Of a DNA stretch of 50,778 bases, positions 24,308-36,585 are shown piece after piece; the stretch's first letter is position 1; every line of letters starts with the position of its first letter. The translations under genes were made by a program, and so were the position numbers. Below the pieces are notes generated by a model. It searched no databases. It had not been told where the DNA came from and saw only the letters and a list, made by a program, of their open reading frames with translations. Origin of the DNA: Chromera velia (lineage: Eukaryota); NCBI GenBank assembly GCA_018398765.1, contig JAHBMJ010000328.1, positions 1 through 50,778 of the forward strand, given 5' to 3'.

Positions 24308-25440
24308 AAGTGCGAAGGCGAATCTAGCCTGAGAGCCTGTGAGAGGCGAATGAGTGCCTGCCCATTCAATGCAATCTCCCTTGTCCATCCATACCTTTAA
24401 ATCAAAAAGACCCATTAAAATAAAATACGTGCCATAACTTGCCCCATAAGCATCAAATTTTCTCTATATTGATAAAATTTTGAGTGATTGATTTATTTTT
24501 TATTGTTGGCAGGGACTACAGGGTACTATAGAGCAAGGCCATGCATGCAAAGACTTAGAAGTTGAACCTAGAATAAAAAAAAAATTAGATCTTCAAGAAC
24601 TGTTAATCTAGCTTTTAATTTATGTTCATCAATGTTAGTATCTAGGTTAGTATCAAGTTCATTATGCTATGATTATATGGTTTATAAACTAGGCCCGGGT
24701 TACTAGGGTTTATAAGATCTAGTACAATACACGCTTAGTAGTACTAAGCTCGGTACTAGCTCCCTAGAGTAGCTCCTCAACTTGCAAGTTCATAAAAAAA
24801 TGACTTTCTCTTAGTAGTTTTAGACTCTAACTAGTATTAAACTATAGTTGATAACTAGCTAGATAACTAGTAGATCGATTGTATACCTAGTTGTATATAC
24901 ACTTCATTTTCCATCTAATTTCCCATTCAACAATATACGAAATTTTTTTTTTTTTTTTTAAGTTTCCATTCAAAAACGAGCTAGATAAATAGTAGAGAGA
25001 AATGTTTATCTTTGATTCTATAGTTTTCATTTCATGAACAAATGTTTATATATTTACGCCCCGCCCAGTTTATAGGTCTTCTAACATATAGCATCTAGCA
25101 TAACATGACAATGCATACACTTCCATTTTTAGTTTGAACACGTTTTTGTAAAAGATCTTTAAGATTAAATACCATGGACTCGGACTGTGACTCTATTTTT
25201 GTTTTTTATGAATCAAACCAAGCAATTAAGAGGAACTTGAATTAAGAAAGGAACCTGATTTTGAAGAATGCGACTCAAGAGTACTTAAGAATCCCGGCCG
25301 TGCTGAAGAGTCGAATTTGGGGGTTTTGCATAAAGTCATAGCGTTAAGTTGCGTTAAATTCCACGGCATCCATGAAAACCATGCAATCATGTAACGTGCA
25401 TCATTGCCACTGAATTCAGCCCCCCGCTCGTGGCTGACAG

Positions 25441-25799
25441 TCAGACTACCTTCGCCTCCTCGAGACCCGCAGGCACGGGCTCATCCACGAACTTCACCGA
25501 GACGCTGTTCACGCAGTGGCGCTCGTTTGTGGACGTCATGCGTTCTCCCTGCAGGCACGTGTCGGACAAGAGCCGTACACAACATGCAGTGAAATTCTCT
25601 CGATCTGGCTTGTCACAGGACTATCAATGGAAAAACTTGCCTTCAAGGCAGGTACCCGGCGTCCAACGGGTTCGGAGAAACGCAATGGAAGGCCGAAATT
25701 TAAGCAAGGAAGACGATCGACAGACAGACAACGTGTTTCACTTCCTTCTTTTTTTTCAGACAGACAGACTATACGTTTCGTCTCTCCCTCCCTCCAGGT

Positions 25800-25833
<34 letters not shown>

Positions 25834-26268
25834 ACTACATTGCGTTTTCTTTTCTTTTTCTCTTTTTTTCTTTCACAGAAAGACAGACAATATGGTTTCT
25901 TTCCCTCCTCTTCTTCAAGAACACAACAGGCAAAAAGAAAGAAAGAAAGCAACAAAGACAAAAGAACATAACGACAACTCAGACAAAATGAGCAGGGGGC
26001 CCGAAAGGTGAGAGTTAAGCGCCCCTTGCCTCTCAACCTCCCGACAGGACTTCACGTGATCACTTGTTCGTCACACGCTACTGTCCTTCTGCTTCCACTT
26101 GAGACAAGAGAGAGAGAAAAAAACGGAAATCCAAGAAACAGCCAGACTACATGTTTCTTGACAGACAGACAGATAGATAGAAAGAAAGAAAGAACGAAAG
26201 AAAAAAAGAAAGGAAGAAAGAAAGAAAGAAAGACAGAAAAAAGAAAAAAGAAAGAAAAGGAGGACAAA

Positions 26269-26312
<44 letters not shown>

Positions 26313-26369
26313 ACGAAAGAAGGAAGGAAGGAAAGAAGGAAGGAAGGAAGGAAGGAAAGAAAGAAAAAA

Positions 26370-26405
<36 letters not shown>

Positions 26406-26409
26406 AAAA

Positions 26410-26456
<47 letters not shown>

Positions 26457-28114
26457 GCACAAATGAATGAATGAATTAATGAATGAATGGATGAATGAAT
26501 GAAGGAAGGAAGGAAGGAAGAAAGACAGACAGAGACAGAAAGTCCAACCCCAAAAGGGAGAGCAAGAAAGAAGGTTCAGTCACAACAAGAACAACAGACC
26601 TCGAAGACGTGTCCCAGATGCCCTCCACACTTCCCGCACATGATTTCGATGCGGACCATTCCCATTGACGCGTCCCGCTCCGTCACCACCGACCCTGCAA
26701 GCACGACAGCAAAAAGAGAATAAATATGCACGGGGAAAAGATGGACCCAGGAGAAAGCCTATTCATTCACAATACCCCCACGATGGAAGAGGCGAAGGAT
26801 AGAAATAGAGGACGATGGAGGAAAAGAGGCAATAGAAGCTAAAGTGGAGGGAAGGAGAGAGACGGAAAGCATATATACACCTGCATGTAAATGTAGGTGC
26901 CTGCTTGCCGCACGTCTGCGCGTCCGTCATTCGGTTTGTCAGTGTGTGTGTCTGTCTGTCTCTTTATCTCTGTGCCCACCTGTCTGTCCAAATTCGAGCT
27001 TCAAGGTTTCCGTGACATGAGAAAGAGAGGGAAGAGCAGACTCTTTGATTTCCGATGGTTGCATACGCTTGAACCGATGTTTGAAAATGATATCTGAGCC
27101 GATGGCTTCTGCGCCTGGTGCCGTCAGAGGCATTCAGTAAGCATTGACCAAGGACGAATTTTTGATGTGCATCCTTGTGTATCTACCATGGATTGTACGT
27201 TGATATCCACTTTAGTTACAAGACGACACAATTTTTCCATTTGTCTGTCTTCGACTGTCTCTGTGTGTCTGCGTGTTTTGCTGTTTTCACGTGCCGACCT
27301 CCGCCTCTTTTCAGGCTTCCTCCGCCGCTTCCACCCCCCCCCCTCCTTCCCTCCCTCTCTCCCTTCGTTACGAATGTCCCTTTCTTCGTCCTCCCCAAAT
27401 ATTTCAAAAAACTTCTTTAGTCGCACGAGAACTTCGGAGCCGTCTCCGAAATTTCCACCCAAAACAAAAAACAAAATGAACCCACAACGCCCCCCCCACA
27501 CAATTTCTCAGCCCCCTCCTCATCAGGCACACTACTCCTTGACCTCCGTGAAACGGCCTTAGGACGACGCAGTCATTCCTGAAGTTCGTTCATTCATCCA
27601 GTCGATCGATCCTTCAATTCCTCGCTTGGGGGGTCGAGAAAGCCCGGCTGACCTTTGAAGCACTTGTCGAAGGCCGGCCACCCGCAGCCACTGTCAAACT
27701 TCGCCTTTGCAGAGTACAGAGGGTGGTCGCAGGCTTTGCACTTGAAGTACCCTTGCTTGGGGTAAAATTTGTCGTACTCGCCTGCACAGCAGAACAAAAG
27801 GAGACGGAGATATGCATGTGAATGGAGCATGCAGAGATATCTTTCACGAGTGTGAGGGGTCTCAGGAGTCTCTGACCAGTCCCGGGTCTCTCTGTGCCCT
27901 TGTTTCGGATCACTTGGTACTCAGCAGCTGTGAGCTTCTCTTTCCATTCCGCTTCTGACTTCTTCACCTCAAAGTTCATGTTGCTTGCGCGAGGCTGTGC
28001 CTGTCCCATCAACGAAGAAAAGGAAGACGCAGAGCCCAACTGTCCTTGAGGAGAGACACGGAAAGTCTTTACTTGTGCACTCAGGACAATTCTTCGAGAG
28101 AAAAGGCGCATCAT
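25441..28114 (-). CDS. msrB: Peptide methionine-R-sulfoxide reductase MsrB (Zn-type, Cys-catalytic), 4 exons
   Basis: GT-AG exons 28114-27877, 27781-27653, 26694-26600 and 25548-25441 splice in frame. Motifs [58 protein letters not shown]. Confidence 0.95.
25757..26170 (-). repeat. Dispersed intronic element, copy 1 (MsrB last intron)
   Basis: Shares the 42-nt core (26002-26043) and (CAGA)n-laced flanks with copies at ~34030-34460 and ~39430-39680. Confidence 0.85.
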
Positions 28115-28229
28115 GCGTGGGGCAGTGACAGGCACACTTTAATGAAACTGTGCGTCGACCATCGTCGACCCCTTTGAATCCGGATGATGGTCGAGACGGC
28201 CTGCACACATGGTCCATGCAGCCTTGGAA

Positions 28230-28390
28230 ACTTGCATGCATGAGAGCCGCATGCATGAGAGCCGCGGAGAGAGCTAGGCCGCATGATGGCCGCATGCAAC
28301 CATGCATTAAGCGCGGCGGCGCGCGGGCCCCGGGGATCGAAGCGCGCGTTAATTCCCCGGCCGCGCCGCCCCGGCCGGCCCGCGCTCGGG
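28230..28390. promoter_or_regulatory. Bidirectional GC-rich core with multiple GCATGC between msrB and the AEC transporter
   Basis: TGCATGCA at 28233-28240, further GCATGC copies, GC tract to ~28390. Lies between divergent starts at 28114 and 28766. Confidence 0.6.
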
Positions 28391-28765
28391 CAAATCAATA
28401 CGTATATACGTAGACGGTATAACTGAACGTTCATTCAAATCGAGCTGTGTCAGAGCACGTACGTCGAGCGAGCTGCCGACACCAGCTGCCACAATCTCGA
28501 GACTTTCACGTGGGAAGCATACATGCATTGACTGGCAGTTGTTGGGGACCAGGTTGTAGACTTTCATCTCTTTGCGCGCCGTTGAAGACGTTGTCTCCAT
28601 TAGCCGTCTCACCAACCGTCAGGACACCATTCAATTCAGACTTTTATGCAGACGGAGGTCTGCAGGAAGCTTTGATCGAAGCTGATTGGCACCTATACAA
28701 GCAGACAGGAGGATCAGAGTACAAAACTTGAACGATCCGACAGTCACCAGGCAGCAGTCGGTGAG

Positions 28766-30133
28766 ATGTTGAGGTCGAAAGCCCTCGTCAGTCTGGTCTG
28801 TCTCCTGCTGTCTTGTGCTGGGAGATCTGTCACGGGTTTTTTGGTGTCCTCTCCCTCAACTGCAAGGTCTCTGAGAAGCAGACAGTGCAAGTCTCCTTGC
28901 AAATCTCCGTTACGATCTCCGTCACGCCATTCTTCGTTTTCATCCCCTGCTTCTTCCTCTCCATCAACGGAGCTAAAGAACGGTCTAGCGCTAGACCCGG
29001 CCGCGGTCTCTGCGTCTGGCCGTGCCCTCGCAGAGCTTTTGGCTTTGATCGGGATTGGTGTTTTGAAGAAATCAGATTTGGACATACCCACACGCAAGGG
29101 TCTGTCTCGACTTTTGAAAAATGTGTTCCTGCCTTCGTTTCTTTTGACTAACGTTGCCAACACGCTGGCAACCAATTTGGCGTCTGGAGATGGCGGGATG
29201 ACAAAATTCGTTGTGCTCCCTCTCTTTTGTGTCACTCAAATTATTATTGGCGGCATTGTGGGTGAGGTTCTTTGCCGTCTTCTCGGACTCGACAGATGGT
29301 CAGAGGATGGTAGAAGAGTCAGGGCGTTGTCTGCCTTCACTAACAGTGGGCCCGTGCCCCTTCTGTTTGTGAATGCTATGTACAGAAGTCAACCAGAAAC
29401 TCTTCGCATTCTTTCTTCTTACATCTCCTTTTTTCTGCTGGCACAGTCGCCCTTGCTCTGGAGCTACGGGTACCATGTGTTGACATGTGAGAGGACGGAG
29501 GAGATGGAGGGGAAAAAACTCTCAATGGATGCGGAGGGACTGAGCGAAAGTGTGAGTGTGAGCGCAAAGAGCGCAAACGGAAAGGACGGGTGGAGGGGGT
29601 TGGTGGAGAGAATTTTTTCACCCGCCATGATTGCGTCTCTTGCGGGTATTTGTTTTGGTGCCTTCGGGCCTTTGCGTGAACTTTTTGTTGTTCGTTCGGG
29701 TCTGTTGAACTTTGTTTGGGGTGCTCTTGTGACCTTGTCTGAAGGTTTTCGTCCTACTGCAGCACTCATCCTTGCAGGGGCTCTGGCTTCAGGGCGCCCT
29801 TTCGGGGGCGATGATCCCTTGATTGGTAAGAACAACGCCAAGAGAGCTGTGCCCCTTGCAGTGTATCGATTCATGATTGCGCCTTTGATCAATTTGTGTC
29901 TGGTTTTGAGTCTGAGAAGAATGGGCTTGCTGGGGGAGGACCCCTTGTTGGCCTTTATTCTTCTTCTCCAGGGAGTTATGCCATCTGCACAGCAGTCGGT
30001 GGTGATGTTGCAGTTGGAAGGAAAGAGCGATGAGGCAGGAAGAATGGCCAAGACTTTGACCCTCCTGTACTCTTTGGGAGTCCTGCCGATGGCCTTCGTG
30101 ATCTCGAAGGCGAAACAGTTCACGGGTGTCTGA
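28766..30133 (+). CDS. Auxin efflux carrier (AEC/Mem_trans, PILS-like) membrane transporter with bipartite leader, single exon
   Basis: LSRLLKNVFLPSFLLTNVA, AFTNSGPVPLLFV, IFSPAMIASLAG, PTAALILAGAL, YRFMIAP, DPLLAFILLLQGVMPSAQQ are AEC-family patterns, with about 10 hydrophobic segments. Confidence 0.85.
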   Translation: MLRSKALVSLVCLLLSCAGRSVTGFLVSSPSTARSLRSRQCKSPCKSPLRSPSRHSSFSSPASSSPSTELKNGLALDPAAVSASGRALAELLALIGIGVLKKSDLDIPTRKGLSRLLKNVFLPSFLLTNVANTLATNLASGDGGMTKFVVLPLFCVTQIIIGGIVGEVLCRLLGLDRWSEDGRRVRALSAFTNSGPVPLLFVNAMYRSQPETLRILSSYISFFLLAQSPLLWSYGYHVLTCERTEEMEGKKLSMDAEGLSESVSVSAKSANGKDGWRGLVERIFSPAMIASLAGICFGAFGPLRELFVVRSGLLNFVWGALVTLSEGFRPTAALILAGALASGRPFGGDDPLIGKNNAKRAVPLAVYRFMIAPLINLCLVLSLRRMGLLGEDPLLAFILLLQGVMPSAQQSVVMLQLEGKSDEAGRMAKTLTLLYSLGVLPMAFVISKAKQFTGV

Positions 30134-30689
30134 CCGACTTTTCGGGATTCCTTTTGTTGTGGACGGATGAATGGATGGGAAGGGAAGAAGGAAGGCTGAG
30201 AATGAGAGGGAAAGAAATGAAACGAGAGAAAGTGAGAGAGAGAGAGAGAGAGGGAGGCAGAGGGAGAGAGGGAAGCAAGCCGCCCCTTCTCTGAAATTTT
30301 GATTCGTTTCGCGTTTCTGAAGCCAGCAAACTGCATAGTATAGACTGCATATGACCGGCCTTATGCTCTTGAAATCGCTCTTGAAAGATCTTTTCCTGAC
30401 TCCCCGTATCCTACAGGCCGAGTTGTCCGCCTTCATTTAACGAACAAAAGACTGTCAAAAGTATATAGATCCTATAGGAACGAAAATTCGTTAAAAAAAC
30501 GTTATTAGTAACTTATTACACTAGCTGGCCGCACAGTTTATTAAATTCTTTGTAGCTCCAAAAATTTAATATATGCTTAAATACATATCGGCTGCTACAA
30601 TTTTCTTATGAACTATGATGAGTTAGAACCTGATATTAGTGGTGTTTTAATATAGGCTATATTATATAGCTAGAGCAGTAAACATCATT

Positions 30690-30930
30690 AATATCAAGTT
30701 CTAACTCAAAGGAACACTCCCCCCTTAGCTGTTTTCTCGGCTTTCTCTCTGCTCCCATGCAGTAAACTAAAGCCCTGATCACTGCCATCTGAATTCTCGC
30801 CTTTACCATTCCTGCAACTCTGCAGGGCTTTGTGTTGGTTCTGGCTGCAATTTGGTGCACTGTTCTCCGCAATACTGCCATTGCTCCCTCTCCCAAGGAA
30901 GAATTATAACAAATTATATAGCAAATCACA
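30690..30930 (-). mobile_element. Degenerate C-terminal remnant of an RLE-type (CRE-like) non-LTR retrotransposon
   Basis: LGEGAMAVLRRTVHQIAA..VAGMVKARIQMAVIRALVYCMGAER resembles the G.mG..A..l..la..ia..v..lr.rls.Al.Ra..cl.g.R end of CRE-clade ORFs. Recognised by eye only. Confidence 0.5.
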
Positions 30931-32231
30931 TCTGAATATTAACCATATACCTAATCATATACCTAGAAACTAGGGCGGAACATATCAATCAATCAAAATC
31001 AAAACTATTAGAAACCTCGCCACCTACACACCCAGAATTTGTAATTAACATTTGATCTGAAAAAAAAAATGTCAATGAATATGGTATTTGAAAGTAGAGT
31101 CATGCTGTTGTAATAATCAAACTGCCTCGAGCATGATCATCCTTTACCGTCAAATGCTAGACGCCTAGAAATAGGCTGATGACAACGGCGTATGATGATG
31201 ATAGCAGAGCCATGGTGCTTCCTCAAGAGCCATGGCACAAACAAGCAGTTTCCTACTTGCTTTGGGACCGCTCGGCCTCTAGCTCGGCCCTCCTGCACGC
31301 GTCCAGAAGGGGTTTCTGTCGTGTCTCCCAGTGGTCATCTGGATAGGGGGAGACTGGGGTTCCTGCATCATGCAAGATGCAGCACGGGAATGCGGAGAGC
31401 ACGCACAGTGGGGGACTGATCTGTGTTCTGTTGGCTTCGTACATGGACATATGCATGACCAAATAGATGAACGACTGGCAATAGAAGAGAATGGATGTGC
31501 AGAAGCACCACAGGAGGGCGGGCAGAGAAGCGTGCAAATGGGCTCAAAGACTGGCTGGTAACGTAGGAGGCCAAACGTGAGTCCCAAGTGAAAAACCATT
31601 CACAAGACTCAAATCTGCCCCTGAGGGTGAGTTGAGAGAGCATGTCGATACATGGAGGTTTCGCCTCCGCACACGTATGTTGCATGACCAAGACCGATAC
31701 GTGTCGACGATCGACGCAAAGAAAAAACTGTCTGGAAAACACTCTTCTGGCTGCGGTACACACACGATCGAATGCGCACCGCCAGACTGATTCATGGTTG
31801 GTGAATTTTGTGAGAGGAAAGGGAAGAGAGAACGCGGCGGAGGCGGCTTTGATGTGAAGATAAAGTACTTCCAATATGTGTGCTTGTCAGGTATATGTAC
31901 CCTAGCCCTCTGCATCGTGCATTTCTCTGTTCGTTGGTTGCCTTCCACTCCCAAGCGCCTCATGAGAGTAAGAGGGGTATTTGAGCATATTCCACGCCCC
32001 TCATGAAGAGGTTTGAGAGTCTCCACACAACCAAAATATTTTGAATTCGTTTTCTATGAATGTCGAAGGGCTTGGGTTGAAATCCAAAGTCAGAGAGAGG
32101 ACCAGTGAAAGACTAGAGAGGCAGAGAGGCCGGGGAAAGGGCAAAGCAGAGCTGTTGAGAATATGATGAACTGGAGGAAGGTCCATACAGTTTTTGAAAA
32201 CTGCACGTTGCCTTCTGTGTAAAAAACTAAC

Positions 32232-34029
32232 CTGTTATCAGGGGCGGATAAAACCAGAAGTTCAGCGCCATGTGTACTCCTCGCTGTCTCTCCGTCTCTG
32301 CCTGTTCGCTCTCTCTTCCCTTGCGTATCTCTTTCTGTTCTTCTTTCCGGAGGTCTTGTCTCTCTCTGCCCTCTCCTGCTGTAGATGACGAGGACGAGGA
32401 CGAGGAAGAAGAGCAGAAAGATCCGACTGAATCCTCAGAAGGTCCCGAATGAACCTCATGAAACCAACTGGCCGGCAGGTACACTGGAAGGAAGGCAGGC
32501 AAAGAGACAAATAGAGAGTCATCTGTGCGGGAACAAACGCGCATGCGAACACGCACACAGCGAGAGAGAGCGTACAGAGAAAGATGAAGAGAGAGCGAGA
32601 CAGAAGGACTCTCGTGCACATACATACATACATACATACATACATACACACACGCACGAAAGAGAGAGAGACAGAGAGACAGAGAGAGAGAGAGAAGGGG
32701 GAAGGGGGGGGAGAGTCTGCATTCCAAACATCGAAAAGGGCATAGCGCCGGTTAACATATTTCTACCGAGAAACAAAGCGGAACGCAATGCGAAGCGAAT
32801 TTACTTCATCATGATTTCTTATGACAGGTCCAAATCTTGGTACTGATTGATGCACGCACAATGTGGCACAGCCTTGCGAATACATCGCAAGGCGACCAAT
32901 CAGAAATGCGGCGACGACGCTTGGCGACACGACTGACTCACACATCTCCCCAGCTTCAATGTTGCATTCCAGGTACCGGCAGAGAACGTCCGCATCCGAC
33001 GTTGACGAGGAGTGCCCGCTGATGTCCAAATCAAAAAGGCTGCCTGTCTGTGTCTCTTCTCCCGCTTCCTCCCCGTGTTCTCTGCCCGTTCCCTCCCTTG
33101 GGACAGTCGCGGCCCGACAGAAAGAGTCGGGGTAAGACGAAGGAGACGAAGAAGAGGAAGCTGCTCCTTCGTCTCCTTCCTCTTCCTCCTCTTCCACTTC
33201 CTCTTCCATCTCCCCCTCCCCCTCCTCGTCGAGGTCGTCGTCTTCCAGATCTTCCAGAGCGACCCCGCTGGCTGGAGGCAAGGGGGGGAAGCGCAGGAGG
33301 AAATTCAACAAAGAAGGAAGGAAACAGGCAGAGGCAACCCTGCCTTTCTTACCTACAAAAAACAGGGGGGAAGCCACAAGGGGTATGAAACCGGTGTGCC
33401 CGAAGGAAGGGCCACTGGGAGAAGATGAGGAAACAGACAGGACCGGAGAGAACAGTGTGGACAAAGTCAGAGAGACTTCGTGGGGGCAGTTGAGGGGATA
33501 GAGGGAATGAGGTTGTGATGAGAGCGATGGATTGACTGCTGGCTGAATGGAGAGAAAACAGAGAATGTTCCCGGGCAAGAAAAGGCTATCCACTAATCAA
33601 GAAGGGCCACCGAACAGACCGACAGAGGTAAATAAAGCAACCCGACCGGACCTGCAAGATCCGCCACTTCGTCCATCACTGCGTCCAGTTCTCTCTCGGC
33701 CTCCACCCCTCCTCCTGATGCCACCGCCGCCTGTGCTCTCTTCTGCCTGCCCACTAAAAGAGACGCCACGTGCGCCCCGTCATCCCGCATGCCCTCGCTG
33801 TAGGAGATCAACCCATTCGCCCCGACAGACACCACCCGCCCGACAGTGCTCAGGTACGGGACGCACCGCGGACTGAAAAGGCGAAATTGCTTCCGTCCTG
33901 CCCGCCGCAGATGAAGACGAGAGAAGATGAAAGAAGCAGGAAAGGAAAGGGAGAAAGGGGGGGGGTTTCGAGCAAGAGAACAAGGGAGTCACATCAGTTG
34001 TCACTTCACTGTAGCAGATGCTTCCCTTT

Positions 34030-34060
<31 letters not shown>

Positions 34061-34438
34061 GGCACAGACAGACAGACTATGTGTTTCTTCTTCTCCCTTC
34101 TTTTCTTCATTTGCATAACAGAAAGACACAGAGACACAGGCACACACAGACAGACACAGACACGCAGGCTCAGACAGACTATATGTTTCTTCTTCTCCCT
34201 TCTTTTCTTCATGGACACAACAGACAAAAAGAAAGAAAGAACAGAACCAACAATCAAACAGCGTGGGCAGGGGGCCCGAAAGGTGAGAGTTAAGCGCCCC
34301 TTGCCTCTCCACCTCCCGACAGACTTTCACGTGATCACTCGGTTCACACGTTAATCCTCTGCTGCTTCCACTCTAGACAAGAGAGAGAAAAAAAGAAAGA
34401 AAAAACAACAACAAAAAAAAGAAAAACTGCACGCAGGC

Positions 34439-34471
<33 letters not shown>

Positions 34472-34530
34472 GACAGAGACAGAGACAGAGACAGAGACAG
34501 AGACAGAGACAGAGACACGCAGGGGCACGG

Positions 34531-34615
<85 letters not shown>

Positions 34616-36220
34616 CCCGTGACGTCGTCTAAAGAGACTTCAACCAACAGAACAAAAATGTTATCAACCAAATGAATTCTTTTGTCTCATCATTGCTCCC
34701 CTTTTCTTCAATCCTTTACCTTCTTTTTCCTCTTTCTTTTTAATGAGCAAACTGAGACTGAGGAATTCCGCAAAAAAAAACGTGAAATCTCACTCTTTTT
34801 TTCTCTTTGTGGATGTACCACCCAATCCCTCACGACATCTGTGGGCCAGTCGGCTGTCGTTCTCTGTCTCTGTCTGATTGCGCTTCGACTGCACAAAAGC
34901 ACCGTACAAATGGGCGGAAAAGGGTTGTCCCGGCAGGCAAAGTTTTGTCCTATAGAATCTTGGGAAGAATGAGATGAAATGCTGGACTGACCCTTCAGCA
35001 GCACATAAAGGTTGTCGTGGAAGTCGTGATGCAGCCCCGTTGTGCTCCACTGACTGGCAGGAGGCGGGGGTGCCCGGCCCATCCACAGGTTGTATTGGTA
35101 CGGCACGAGTCTGTGAAGAAGAGGGGAGGGACGGAGCGGGAAGTCCGTCAAGAGATCCGACAGAGGGGGGCTGCAGAGGCGCCGGGGTCCATGAATCGTT
35201 TGGGGAATGCTCTGTGTGGTCAGGTAGTAGAGGTGGCCTTTCTGGCCCTGCAGCTGCTCAAGGAAAGCACCGAAAGTCATGCGAACCTTCCGGCCCTTTC
35301 CGAAGGATGAATCCGAATCCTCACGCACCTCCACCTCCACTTTACTTGTCCCCGCCTTGCTCGTCAGATAATCGTACTGTACCTCCGGATCTCCGCTGAT
35401 GGGGTCACGGGGAGCAGACGAAGAACCTGACGGTGGTTGCGTCCCCGCGGTGCGGGTTTTCTTCTTCACCCATAAGTGGGCGGCTGGGAGGTCTGGGAGG
35501 AGGCCCTGGATTTTCACAGGGCGCCTTTTGAGGACGAACTCTTCGAAGAACGCGTCCCCTGTGAGGTCCTCAAGTCGGACACAGGGGACGGACGCAGCAG
35601 AAGGGGGGTCTGAAAAAGGACAGTACCTGCAAGCAGCCAGGGATGGGGGCACTCCCAAAGAAAGTGACAAAACGGTGTCGCAACTGCGCCCTCACGCCCA
35701 GAGACTTTTTTTGGCTGCGCAAAGGAAGCAATGATGCACGCCGAATGAATGCTGTCCTTCGAGTCTTCTCGGATGGCACGGTCCGTCGAAAATTTCCGTG
35801 GGCCAAAGAAGAGTTTTTTTCACACAGGACACCATGAAAAGGTCTGATCGGGCCCTCGCCTCTCTGAACAATCCTAAACATGAGGGCAGCTTGGCGTCCA
35901 TCAATACAGATGTACGAGGATGTGCATGCAGAATGAATGAATACATGGATGAATACATGGATGAGCGGCATTGGTGAAGACGCGTCGACATACCCTTCAT
36001 ACTTCGCCGCAAGTTTGTGTGCCCGTGTCACTCCAGGACTTAGCTTCTTTTGCTTTTGTTTTGACCCTTTTTCTTTTTCTTTCTGATTGTGCCTCCCGAA
36101 GTCTCTGGCGCTCGAATCTCCCTTCAGCACTGCTCTGGCGTTTTCGTTCTTCGACTGGCCTCCCTTCTTTCCTCCCCCAGAGAGATGCGCACTGCCCTGC
36201 TTCTTTGCCTTCTTCCCCAT
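32232..36220 (-). CDS. JmjC/cupin-8 2-oxoglutarate-Fe(II) dioxygenase, at least 5 exons
   Basis: Exons 36220-35994, 35626-34992, 33897-33652, 33271-32942 and 32483-32232 splice in frame. Motifs RRPVKIQG, NLWMG, TGLHHDFHDNLYVLLKGRKQFRLFSP, AGEMLYLPASWFHEV, HMALNFWF, giving the HxD...H triad. Basic N-terminus, acidic insert. Terminal exon unresolved (perhaps to ~32001). Confidence 0.9.
34030..34460 (-). repeat. Dispersed intronic element, copy 2 (JmjC intron 33898-34991)
   Basis: Core 34277-34318 is near-identical to 26002-26043, with homologous flanks. Confidence 0.85.
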
Positions 36221-36479
36221 CGAAAATGATTAGCCAGAGCCACGAAAAGAACTTATCTTGTTCTCTTGCCGCTAGACGCACTGTCTCAAAACGCACGAGA
36301 CGGGATTCAAACTCAGCAGCCGCCGTACACGACACAAGTATATCCCTCTTTCTGGTCCACAGTCTGTCGATCGCAGACTCGCAGTCTAGCTGTATGGAAA
36401 GATTGTCAGAGCTTTGTATGTCGAGTCCGTCTACAGCTTTGCATGGTGACATTTTAGTGACTCCATAGTGACTCCAGTG

Positions 36480-36585
36480 CGGCTGCGGCTGCTGCATGCG
36501 GCTTGCATGGGCTGCGCCGCGCGCCCCGCGCCGCCGGGCCGCGCGATCGCGAGCTAGCGTGTTCGCGGCGCCGCCGCGCCGCACA
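36480..36585. promoter_or_regulatory. Bidirectional GC-rich core with TGCATG between JmjC and the hypothetical + gene
   Basis: TGCATGC at 36493 and TGCATG at 36504, followed by a near-pure GC tract. Lies between divergent starts at 36220 and 36976. Confidence 0.55.

Noticed and set aside
25500..25530. Selenocysteine-type MsrB
   Set aside because: The catalytic codon in RHCVNS is TGC (Cys); there is no in-frame TGA.
25678..25694. 16-nt match (aaacgcaatggaaggc) to the reconstructed ankyrin breakpoint
   Set aside because: About one such match is expected by chance in a 50-kb self-comparison, and flanks do not align.
31170..31260. Hammerhead ribozyme core (CTGATGA)
   Set aside because: No appropriately placed GAAA or flanking stems.
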